DNA of 63,908 nt, counting the filler, from Licmophora abbreviata (taxonomy: Eukaryota): assembly GCA_900291995.1 (NCBI GenBank). It is 16 parts of 16 records of this genome, joined end to end, with 100 filler letters (N's around TTAATTAATTAA, not from the genome) between each part and the next. Parts side by side here need not be neighbours in the genome. Positions count along the whole stretch, not along the records: positions 1,878 to 11,784 come from OLMU01001790.1; positions 11,885 to 14,049 come from OLMU01001791.1; positions 14,150 to 16,824 come from OLMU01001792.1; positions 16,925 to 18,943 come from OLMU01001793.1; positions 19,044 to 22,324 come from OLMU01001795.1; 11 more parts are not named here. One strand, 5' to 3'. Position numbers and translations under genes: made by a program. The notes under the pieces were generated by a model, which searched no databases, had not been told where the DNA came from, and was given only the letters and a program-made list of their open reading frames with translations. Shown here piece after piece: positions 10,105-20,113 of the stretch. Numbering within the stretch: position 1 is the stretch's first letter; the number at the start of each line of letters is the position of its first letter.

Positions 10105-10278
10105 CCGATCCGAAGGGCCTTGTGTGTTTCACAAAACGGCTGGGGACCGAACACATCGTGAGGCTCACATGGTTCGGTGCAAAACTGGTGCAGCCACAAT
10201 CCAACACGCGAGACTCCCATGAGCACTTGGCTCCTGGAGTATCTGACTATTGGTCTGAGATCGTTGTTGCTCCAACAT

Positions 10279-10371
10279 GCAGCGAAAGCGGCTTCCCGCC
10301 CTCACTGTCGGACCCTCGCGAGCGGCCTATTCCCGACCTTCAAGACTTAGACGGGATGCTGCACTCGCAGC
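10279..10371. repeat. intergenic motif pair shared with 15418-15449
   Basis: GCAGCGAA-N3-GGCTTCCCGCC (10279-10300) and hairpin GCTGCACTCGCAGC (10358-10371). Confidence 0.65.
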
Positions 10372-10481
10372 CCGCATAGCGGACGTTGATCCAAATAGCT
10401 CACTTTAGGGGCAAACGACCTTGTTGTCGAACCCGGCGCTAGCCATACTCCGCTTAAACCAAACTTTTCAGGACTTGTTAG

Positions 10482-11075
10482 TTGAAAGCTGTGACCAACC
10501 CGAGGTGGAACCCCGACAATCCAATCGAGATTGCGCCAGAAGTCTATGAAAAACAGGTTGTTTCTTGGCTGCGATCTGCGGGGCAAGAGCTTCAGGGTTT
10601 CACCGTCAGTCACCTAGAAAAGATACATGGCCATGGAGGAGAATACAGTATTGACGGCTGGGCGGAGTTTGAGATTTTTGGGGGTACAAAAATCTGTGTC
10701 CTTGTAGAGTGTAAAAAGCACAGGCGGCCAGTAGAGCGAGATGTTATTCTGGGTGTGCACGCAAAAGCCCAAGCAATTGGTGCACAAAAGTCCATTGTAT
10801 TCTCGACTTCGGGTTTTCAAAAAGGAGCTATCGAGTTTGCTACGTCTTCCGGTGTCGCACTTGTGATATTCGTGGATGGTAAACTCACCTACGTCACTCG
10901 GAGCAGAGAGCCGCTGTGCGAAGCAGGCTATCCACCCGACCTGCCAGATTTTGCAGGGCAAATAATATGGTCTGAAGGCAATAGAACCTCAATTTCGACT
11001 GTTACCGATGATCGTATCAACCCATTGGCAGAGTGGTTCAGGTCTGAAAGAGAAGGCCCATTTCGTCAGTTTTAG
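10482..11075 (+). CDS. Mrr-like (Mrr_cat) restriction endonuclease
   Basis: 'YEKQV', 'IDG', 'LVECK', 'FSTSGFQKGAIEFA..GVALV' follow the Mrr_cat pattern. Start is TTG 10482 or GTG 10491. Confidence 0.88.
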   Translation: MKAVTNPRWNPDNPIEIAPEVYEKQVVSWLRSAGQELQGFTVSHLEKIHGHGGEYSIDGWAEFEIFGGTKICVLVECKKHRRPVERDVILGVHAKAQAIGAQKSIVFSTSGFQKGAIEFATSSGVALVIFVDGKLTYVTRSREPLCEAGYPPDLPDFAGQIIWSEGNRTSISTVTDDRINPLAEWFRSEREGPFRQF

Positions 11076-11115
11076 GCTGCTTAGAAATAGGCACCAGCAA
11101 GAGAGTATTCATCTT

Positions 11116-14100
11116 TTGACCTCAGGTTATGTTTCTTTGTCTCGGCGATTTTTGGAAGTCACCTCCAGCGACTTTGAGAACGAGTCCGAAAATATCTGGG
11201 CTTCTCTCGCGACGCGAGAGACAGGAAAGAAGTGGGAAGAAATTCTCACCAACGATATTTCTATTCTCCTAGGCACCGCTGGATCGGGCAAAACAACTGA
11301 AATGCGTCAGCATGTGAAGCGCCTCATTGAGGATGGGCAAGACGCATTCCTGATGCGCTTGGAAGCGCTACAAGATGGAACTTTGTCGGACTCATTCGAT
11401 TTTGAATTGGATGACCAACGCGACCGATTTGAAAAATGGAAGCGATCAAGAAAAGGTGGATATCTGTTTTTTGACGCGCTCGACGAGGCGCGACTACCGT
11501 CTTCACGCAATGAGAGTGCGCTAGATAGGGCCCTCGACATTGTCTCACGTGAAGTTGGGCGACGACGGGCCCCCCTACATGTTCTAGTCACCAGTCGCCC
11601 AAGCGAGTGGCTTGGGGAGGGCGATGTAAGGCGCCTAGCTCGTTTCATAAAACAGACACGAGATGCCAAACAGGACTTGGGAAGAGGCGACCCTACACAC
11701 AGGATTTATCGCCTAGCGCCGCTGGCGAGTGGTGACATTGAGAAACTTGCTAATTCTCGCGAGGTGAAGCCATCGGACTTCATCNNNNNNNNNNNNNNNN
11801 NNNNNNNNNNNNNNNNNNNNNNNNNNNNTTAATTAATTAANNNNNNNNNNNNNNNNNNNNNNNNNNNNNNNNNNNNNNNNNNNNCTGTTTCAGCCATCTG
11901 TTGGGGGGCGCATCCGGTTCGCCCATCGGGAGATACGGGACTTCCTTGCAGCTGAATATTTCGACGAAAGCTTGCGAGCAAGAGCACATTCGGAAGAAAC
12001 AATCGCGCCACTTTTTGCCGAGGGTCTAGGGCGTCAGTCGATCCCACAGTCAACAGAGCACGTCATGGGCTGGTTGGCGGCCTTGAATAGCTCAGCAAAG
12101 GTGCTTGTGACGAAGGTGAGACCAGCGCTGCTTATCGAGACTGGAGACCCAAAGTCACTTTCTGTAGGCGACAAGGAGCTCGCGCTACGCAGTCAAGCTC
12201 GTCTGTATGATGACCTTCGATACAGAGGCGATTGGTTCTATCACGATGACGTAAAGCGCTTCACGCACCCTGACTTGTGGCCCGTAGTCGACGAGCTTCT
12301 GGACAAATCCAGTTCTCCTGAATTGACTGACTTTTTAATCAAGGTCGCTCGGTTCGGAAAGATGGGTCCGCTTGCTCCCAAACTGGCTGGCTATGTCGGA
12401 AATTCAGGAATTGGCTATCGTAGCAAAGCGGAAGCGTGTGCTGCCCTCGATGAAATAGGAGATGAATCATTTAGCGCTGATGTGCTGTCGGAAGCCCTGA
12501 CAACCGCACCGCCGGACGTCGAGGATACGGATTCTGCTCCGAACTGGAATATGTTCCTGTTGAAGGCATTGAAGTGCAGCTTTGGCGAAGCCAACTTGCT
12601 CGATGGGATTGCCATTCTTTCGAGAGTTCACAGAGAACGCTCCAACTATTCATCCGCAACATCTCAGTATTTGATCGAAATACTTGAGGAACTGCCCCGG
12701 CCACAAAAGAAGTTGTGGCTGTCAATATTGCTGCGCTTTGCGTTTACCGGTCGGTCTGAGAACCGCTACCGGATGCCTGAAGCTTCGGCTCGCTATAGAA
12801 GGTTTTTGCCTGCCATTATCTTTTTGGCTTCTGAATTGTTAGGTGATGATGGGCTGCAGCCAGACGACAAAGACTTGCTTGATGCCATTGAGATGGCGAT
12901 GGGCAAGCATCACAGGATCGACGTTTTTGGCCGCAAAGCGCCAACGAAGCAACTCGCGAGTGGTCTTCGGGCGCGACCGGATGTCAAACACGCACTTGTT
13001 CAAAGACGAATGAAACTGTTTTCTGATCGAGTTCAGCGTCACCGCGTTCCGTTCGGAGTGATCCACCCTTTAGAATTCGATGACAAAGATGAGAACGGAG
13101 ACGTTTTTGATCAGTCCGATGTGTCTCACTTTTGCGAACTCGCATCAAAGGCCTCCGATCAAAATGAGCAGGCATTCCTGCTTGACCTGTCAGGAACCAT
13201 TTTGGCCGAACTTCGGGGGGAGGAGCACAGGAATGCGTTAGGTGAGTTCAAAAGTTTTTTGAGGAAATATGGGGACGATAGTCAGCGTCGACAATTTGGT
13301 GTCCGGAGCTGGTATCTTCGAACAATATCTCGCGTGCAACATCAATATCGCTATGATGCTCAGAGGTGGTTCCGAGAAAGGAAGGAAGCCGTTAAGTTAT
13401 GGCGAACCGCCCGAAAGAATCGGAAATTCATTTCGAGAAATCGCAAAAGCATTGCAGCCGGTGAGTTTGACAACAGCAATGCGGTTTGGCTTTTCGACAA
13501 GGCTCCAGACGATCTTGGATCGGGGACGATCCGCGCAGTCCAAGAGGAATACGGACCTAGGATTGCGCAGTTGTTCAGCGATGGCCTGCGGCAATACTGG
13601 AAGGCCCATGATACGAGCTACGCTGAAAGGCCAACATACCTCGGCCACATCGGCCTAGCTGGCATCAACTTGGATTACTCACTTGGAGAGATGCCCAGTG
13701 ATACAGACCTTGGACGCAAGTCTTTCCGATATGCATTTCACGAGTTGGGCAGCTTTCCCGAATGGGTTGATGAGCTAGCACAAATTTTTCCAAGCCAATT
13801 TTGCTCTGAGATCAAAGCTGCGCTTCTGGTGGATTTCATGACTGAGCGAGGTGACAACGACCACCAAGTGTCTGATTGCGTGAGTAAGATCGCCTACTCT
13901 GGTGTACTTACCAGAAACCTCGTCGCGCCGATGCTCCTGCGAATGATGATGCGTGTTTTACCTAAGAACCGTAGTGACAGAATGCTCTGCCTAGACATCG
14001 TGGCGCGCGCGCCCTCTGTCGAGCAGGACCGCCTTTCTAGGTTTCTTGTNNNNNNNNNNNNNNNNNNNNNNNNNNNNNNNNNNNNNNNNNNNNTTAATTA

Positions 14101-15369
14101 ATTAANNNNNNNNNNNNNNNNNNNNNNNNNNNNNNNNNNNNNNNNNNNNGCCTAGACATCGTGGCGCGCGCGCCCTCTGTCGAGCAGGACCGCCTTTCTA
14201 GGTTTCTTGTTTCAGGCTATCGAGCGGCGTTGACCCGGTTTGATTTCAGAGAGGCGTGGGTTTGGCTTGATGGTTTGATGAATGCGAACTCAAACGCCGC
14301 TAGACGCGTGTTGATCTCGACCGTTGGTGATCTCCAAAGCGCAGGGCAAAGGGCGCTGTTTTTTGAATACTTGGGGCGCGAAGGAAACAAGCCTTCTCTG
14401 GAGGAAGGTTCGGACCCAGTGCGATGTGAGTATAAGCAAGATGCAATTCTTCTAGAGTGGTTGGTTCAGGCATCGTACTTGGCATGGCCTCCCGAGAAAG
14501 ATGTAAAGCACGAAAGTGTCTATTCTCCGGGGAAAGAGGATCACGCCGAGAGCAACAGAAGAATCTACATCAATATGTTGGCCGCGTTTCAAACACAAAA
14601 TGTTGTCAAGGCATTTGAAAGACTGGCCAAGTCAAAGAAGCTTGCAGGCTACCGGGATACTTTTTTGTACCAGATCGAGCTGATGAAGCGAGGGGCCGGA
14701 AGCAGGCCCGAGTTTTCACCTGATGAAGCAATTCGGTTTCTCAACGATCAGTCCAAGGCGCCCGCGACTGTGGACGAGTTCAGGAAGCTCTGCCAAACGC
14801 ATCTACAGACGCTTCTCGAACGGCTGCATACTTCCGACGATGATGAAAGCGCATTCTTCCGGCGCGGCGAAGCAAAAGAAGCCGATTTAAGAAATTGGCT
14901 GGCCGCCCGTCTGCGAGACGTGGGGGAGCGCTACTACACGGTCATCAGGGAGCAAGAAGTCGCCGGTGATAAGCGGCCTGATCTCAGGCTGCATTCGAGA
15001 ATAGACGCTTTGGGGAAGGTGTCAGTTGAGATCAAGCTTGCCGATATGGCGCATTGGAAAGGAGATCAGTTGGTCAACACTCCTGATGAGCAGCTTTCAA
15101 ATCAGTATCTGTTCGAAGCTTCATCTCACACAGGCATTTACGTCCTCGTTAATGCGTCCGGCCCGAGGAAGGAGGAGAAAGACAAGAAGACCAACAAGGT
15201 CAAAAGAAGCGCCTTTGGAAAGAAAATCGCTGGTAAGACGGTGAACTTTGTGGAGCTCGTTGCACTCGTGGAGGAAAAGTGCGCTGCAGTAAATGATGGT
15301 CTCGCTGACGGTAAGATGGTGGTCGCAGTTACGCGCGACATCTCCGAGAAACCGTCCGATACCATTTAA
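11116..15369 (+). CDS. large STAND/NACHT NTPase with C-terminal PD-(D/E)XK nuclease (one gene split by linkers 11785-11884 and 14050-14149)
   Basis: Walker A 'LLGTAGSGKTTE', Walker B 'YLFFDALDE', sensor 'LVTSRP' and 'YRLAPL'. After the first gap comes the WHD motif 'RFAHREIRDFLAA'. The second gap has a 61-bp contig overlap. C-terminus 'EADLRNWL..REQEV..KRPDLRL..VSVEIK..QLSNQYL..GIYV'. Confidence 0.82.
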
Positions 15370-15417
15370 GCGGATTCTGTGAATCAAACGGCCGCTTTGC
15401 AGGTCTAACTTTTGAAG

Positions 15418-15449
15418 GCTGCACTCGCAGCGAACTTGGGCTTCCCGCC
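15418..15449. repeat. intergenic motif shared with 10279-10371
   Basis: GCTGCACTCGCAGC (exact 14-bp match) fused to GCAGCGAA-N4-GGCTTCCCGCC. Confidence 0.65.
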
Positions 15450-15900
15450 GACCCTTCCAAATGTTGCAAGCGCGACTATTGGTAGAACCATGTCGGCGTC
15501 GGGCTGACTGCTGTTATTTGACAATTCCGCCCAGGATACTTGTCTCCTGATTTCTCGCCTGCGTTCAAAGCGTATCTTGTGCCAATAGCATGGCCGTTTT
15601 CGGGCGGGTCGGCTCAAGAAATTTCAAAATTTTTCTCGACCAAGGGGATAACAGCTAACAGACCACGCGCGGGGGTCTACCGGGGGGTGGGGTGCGTGTA
15701 GGGGGCAGACCAAGCGCCGCGCGACACACCCTAGTTAACTCAGTGGGGCTTTGAATTGCCCCCGCCAGACGTATCCGACGAGGGCAGAGAGCCGATCTAT
15801 GCTGGTAGGGTGTCAGGCGGCGGCAGCATCACGAAAGTCTACGGGCAGTTTTGTGGATTTTCATAGGCAGTGAGGGCCGCCCATGAGCGGCCCCTGTGCG

Positions 15901-16146
15901 TTATGCTCTCTGACTGGCGTTTAGAAACCGGTGATGAAACTCGAACGCAGCTTCCGTGCTGACTTCGACCGCGTGACTTGCGCCGTCTATGTCGCCGGGA
16001 TTGGAAGCCTCTTTGATGAACGCCCATGCGATACTCGCGCCCAGCGCATGCATCACATCTTCGAGTGTCGGGTTTTCCTTACCGTCGTCGCGGCAGAGTT
16101 CTTCTGTCAGCATCACCAGTTTTTCCGGGGTGCACATATCAGCCAT
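15901..16146 (-). CDS. small acidic hypothetical protein (81 aa)
   Basis: RBS AAAGGA 6 nt before ATG 16146; protein-like composition. No family recognised. Confidence 0.55.
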   Translation of the reverse strand: MADMCTPEKLVMLTEELCRDDGKENPTLEDVMHALGASIAWAFIKEASNPGDIDGASHAVEVSTEAAFEFHHRFLNASQRA

Positions 16147-16473
16147 GGTTAGTCCTTTCTTTGTTGCCATGACTGAACCAAAGCAAGAGCGCGGGCCGCT
16201 GTCGTGAGTGCCTTTGGTGCCCAGTCGTGCGCGCAGTCAGGCAAAGTCACACCAAAAGCGACAAGGCTAAGACGGCGTCTGCCGTCTGGAGGACTAAAAC
16301 GAAGGGATTTGTGTTAGTGCTCGTTTTGGTGCTCACGCCAAAAGCACCAAGGGAAAACGTGATTTGGCTATAACAATCGTCCGGACTGTGTACCCTCACC
16401 ACATCAAATTTGAGGGGTAAGCAGGTGGGTGCGACAGCGTAAGGCGCTCTAAGTAATTGACTTCAAAGGGGTA

Positions 16474-16492
16474 AGTGGCAGCCCGTAGGGGA
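16474..16492. repeat. att site overlapping the intact tRNA-Glu 3' end
   Basis: Identical to 3200-3218; covers the last 17 nt of the tRNA plus 2 nt beyond CCA. Confidence 0.93.
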
Positions 16493-16550
16493 ATCGAACC
16501 CCTCTTTCCAGGTTGAAAACCTGGCGTCCTAACCGATAGACGAACGGGCC
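16476..16550 (-). tRNA. tRNA-Glu(TTC)
   Basis: GGCCCGTTCGTCTATCGGTTAGGACGCCAGGTTTTCAACCTGGAAAGAGGGGTTCGATTCCCCTACGGGCTGCCA folds as a cloverleaf with anticodon stem CCAGG/CCTGG, TTC anticodon, GTTCGA T-loop and CCA end. Confidence 0.97.
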
Positions 16551-16750
16551 ACTGTTGCGCGTGAATGGCTATCTAGAGAAGTGACCTGACCTGTTCAAGC
16601 AGTTTTTTCACCAATAACCACAATTTTCGAAATGCCGGGCAGGTGAGGTGTCTGCGCCGTTTTCGGGGGATGCGATCCGGCCTGTTCGTGACGTGTCAGG
16701 GGCCTTGGAGTCGCCTGTGGAGCGCCGGGAAAAGGGCGCGCGTGTCGGTG

Positions 16751-18575
16751 TCAGGCGGGAGCTGCATCTTCCAGCTGGAGCTGCGCGCTGCGGCGCCCGC
16801 CCCATTCGTTGATCCCGATCCGACNNNNNNNNNNNNNNNNNNNNNNNNNNNNNNNNNNNNNNNNNNNNTTAATTAATTAANNNNNNNNNNNNNNNNNNNN
16901 NNNNNNNNNNNNNNNNNNNNNNNNCGCCGCCATGCGACATCAGCGCCTGCCCGAGCGGGCTGTCGAAGGCGCCGAAGGCGATGGCGTCGAGCTGACCGGA
17001 CAATCCGTCGCCGAAGCGCAGTTTCAGATGCGCATCGCCCACCCGCTTGGCAAAGCCGATCTGCATGTCGGGAAAGACATAGCGCGGCCCCGGCGCGCCT
17101 GCGCCGAAGGGGCCGGCGGCTTCGATCCGCTCGACCAGCTCGACCGTGGCGGCGCCGGGCATCAGGACGCCATCAAGCCGCAGATCGGCAGGGCCTGCGG
17201 CGCCTGATCCTTGCCGGTCGAGCAACTCGGAGAGGCGCTCCATCGCCGCCTCGAGCCGGTCGCGCGCCACGGTGAGGCCCGCGGCCATGCGGTGTCCGCC
17301 GCCCTTGATGAGCAGGCCCTCGGCGGCAAGACGCTGGATCGACGCGCCCAGATCGACGCCCGATATGGACCGCCCCGAACCTTTTCCCTCATTGCCGTCC
17401 ATGCCGATCACGATGGCGGGGCGGTTCGTCAGTTCCTTGAGGCGCGAGGCCACGATCCCCACGACACCGGGATGCCAGCCTTCGCCCGCGGCCCAGACCA
17501 ATGGCGCGTCCAGCCCGCGTGCCTCGGCCTGCGCGAGGGCGGCGGCGCGCACGCCGGCCTCGATGTCGCGACGCTCGGAATTCAGCTCATCCAGCCGTTC
17601 AGCAAGGGATCGCGCCTCGGAGATGTCGCGGGTCGCCAGCAGCCGCGCGCCCAGATCGGCCTTGCCGATCCGTCCCCCGGCATTGACACGCGGCCCCATC
17701 ACGAAGCCGAGGTGATAGGCCGAGGGTGCCGTATCGAGCCGTGCCACATCGCTGAGCGCCACAAGGCCCGGACGGTCGCGGCGGGCCATGATGCGCAGAC
17801 CCTGCCGGACAAAGGCGCGGTTCACGCCCTTGAGGGGCGCCACATCGGCCACGGTCGCCAGCGCCACCAGATCGAGCATGGCCATAAGGTCGGGGCCTGT
17901 CTCGCCAAGTGCGCGCAGCTGCCGCCCGGCTTCGACCAGCATCAGGAACACGACGGCGGCAGCACAGAGATGCGCCAGATCGCCGCTCTCGTCCTGCCGG
18001 TTGGGATTGACCACCGCAAGTGCGGGCGGCAGCGTCTCGCCGCCGAGATGGTGATCGAGGATCACGACATCCGCGCCACGCGCGGCTGCGATGGCGTCAT
18101 GGCTCAGCGTGCCGCAATCGACGCAGATGATCAGGTCATGGGCCGCCGCAAGCTCGGCCATGGCGGGTTCGTTGGGGCCATAGCCTTCGTCGATCCGGTC
18201 GGGGATATAGAGCGTCGCGGCAAGGCCCATCTGGCGCAGCCAGTCGATCAGCAGCGCAGCGGACGCGCCGCCATCCACGTCGTAATCCGCGAAGATCGCG
18301 ATACGCTCGCGGGCGCGGACTGCCGCGATGAAGCGGGCAGCGGCGGGTTCCATGTCCCGCAGGCTGCGCGGATCGGGCAAAAGATCGCGCAGCGACGGCT
18401 CGAGATACGGCTCGGCCTCGGTTTCGGGCACACCCAGCCGCGCGAGCGTCTGGCACAGGGGACGGGGCAGGCCGGTGGACTGGGCCATCGCTTCGGCAAG
18501 GCGCTCGACCTCGACGCCGGGGCCGATCCAGCGCCGCCCGGTCAGCGAATGCGCGATGCCGAGATAGGCGTCCAC
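16751..18575 (-). CDS. recJ: ssDNA exonuclease RecJ (linker 16825-16924; probable 1-nt error near 16800)
   Basis: 'ADYDVDG', 'CVDCG', 'LDHH' and 'GGGHRMAAG'. The C-terminus 'RRSAQLQLEDAAPA*' is found beyond the gap. Confidence 0.95.
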
Positions 18576-18590
18576 CCCCGCCCCGCCGGA

Positions 18591-18943
18591 TCAGCGGGTG
18601 GGGTTGCGGTAGATCATCCGGCGCAGCGAGCCGGTCTTGGACCGCATCAGCACGGTTTCGGTTTCGACGTAACCGGGGCGGCGCTTGATGCCGGACACGA
18701 CCGAGCCATCGGTCACGCCGGTCGCCGCGATGATCACATCGGCGGTCACCATCTCGTCGCGCGAATAGACGCGGTCGAGATCGGTGATCCCGGCCTTGGC
18801 GGCGCGGGCTTTTTCATCGTCGTTGCGGAACAGAAGACGGCCCCAGATCTGGCCACCCATGCATTTCAGGGCGCTGGCGGCCAGCACGCCTTCGGGGGCG
18901 CCGCCGGATCCCATATACATGTCGATCCCGGTCTGCTCAGGTT
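18591..18943 (-). CDS. glpX: class II fructose-1,6-bisphosphatase, C-terminal part
   Basis: 'DMYMGSGGAPEGVLAASALKCMGG' and 'AATGVTDG'; order hom-glpX-recJ. Confidence 0.92.
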
Positions 18944-19043
18944 NNNNNNNNNNNNNNNNNNNNNNNNNNNNNNNNNNNNNNNNNNNNTTAATTAATTAAN
19001 NNNNNNNNNNNNNNNNNNNNNNNNNNNNNNNNNNNNNNNNNNN

Positions 19044-20025
19044 AGGTCGATACGCGGCAGCCGCGGGCGATGTCCATCACGTCGCCCATCACGGCGCTGG
19101 CGGTGGGGCCTTCGCCCGCGCCGGGGCCGCGCAGGACGATCTGTTCAACCATGTCGCCCTCGAGCACCACCATGTTGGTGCCGCCCTCGAGCTGACCCAG
19201 GGGGCTGTCGGCGGGGACAAGACAGGGCGACATGCGCTGTTCAAGTCCACGGCCCGTCATCCGGGCGACGCCAAGCAGCTTGATGCGGTAGTCCATATCG
19301 GCGGCATGGCGGATGTCGGCGATCGTTACTTTCTCGATACCTTCAAGATCGACCGCGTCGAAATCGACCTGCGTGCCGAAGGCGATGGAGGCCAGCAGGG
19401 ACAGCTTATGACCGGCGTCGATGCCGCCCACGTCGAGCGTCGGATCGGCTTCGAGATAGCCAAGCTGCGCGGCCTCGTCGAACACCGTGTCATAGGGCAG
19501 GCCCGCCGATTGCATCCGGGTCAGGATGTAGTTGCAGGTGCCGTTCATCACGCCCATCACACGGGTGATCTCGTTGCCGGCAAGCCCTTCGGTCAGCGCC
19601 TTGATGACCGGGATGCCGCCGGCGACGGCGGCTTCGAAGCGCAGCACGCGACCGGCGTTTTCTGCAGCGATTGCAAGAGCCTGACCGTGATGAGCGAGCA
19701 TCGCCTTGTTGGCGGTGACCACGTCCTTGCCCGCGGCGATGGCGGCTTCGGTCGCGGCCTTGGCAGGCCCGTCGCTGCCGCCCATCAGCTCGACGAACAC
19801 ATCCACATCGTCGCGCGTGGCAAGGGCGACAGGATCATCCTCCCATGCGTAATCGGAGAGGGTCACGCCGCGATCCTTGTCGCGGGTGCGCGCGGAGATG
19901 GCCGAGATCGTGATGGGCCGTCCGGCGCGCGCGGCCAGAAGACTGGCTTTCTGGCGGACGATCTTGACGACGCCGGTGCCGACGGTCCCCAATCCGGCGA
20001 TGCCAAGGCGCAGGGGGTCTGTCAT
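19044..20025 (-). CDS. hom: homoserine dehydrogenase (3' end in gap)
   Basis: 'GIAGLGTVG', 'VVTANK', 'FEAAVAGGIP', 'NGTCNYIL', 'GYLEADP' and 'GPGAG'. Confidence 0.95.
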
Positions 20026-20113
20026 GTCGGTCTCCATTCGTCGCTTCCGGGGTGGTATGGACGCGCGATGTAACGGGTTCGACGGGGCCTTGCAACGCAG
20101 GTTTTCAGGGGCT

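Larger units (their letters stand above)
3200..16492. mobile_element. integrative phage-satellite-like genomic island at tRNA-Glu (about 13.3 kb)
   Basis: Identical 19-bp direct repeats at both ends, one overlapping the tRNA 3' end. Contains integrase, AlpA and primase-polymerase genes and is visibly less GC-rich than the flanks. It spans two linkers, both inside one gene. Confidence 0.9.

Noticed and set aside
10101..10379. 92-aa ORF overlapping the PIN stop (possible antitoxin)
   Set aside because: It runs through the intergenic repeat motifs and has no recognisable features. The ATGA overlap alone is insufficient, though a real gene is not excluded.
13989..14210. 61-bp direct repeat flanking a gap (also 27 bp at 57274-57300 / 57401-57427)
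   Set aside because: Overlapping contig ends. Merging them restores single reading frames, so they are not target-site duplications.
8534..16470. CRISPR array, integron attC array or retron in the island spacers
   Set aside because: No regularly spaced repeats, cas genes, IntI-type integrase or reverse transcriptase seen.
17211..18995. Long antisense or alternate-frame ORFs (e.g. 17211-18995, 25846-27492, 27962-29335, 33469-34878, 45397-47022, 54088-55422)
   Set aside because: Shadow ORFs of well-supported genes in high-GC DNA, with no motifs.
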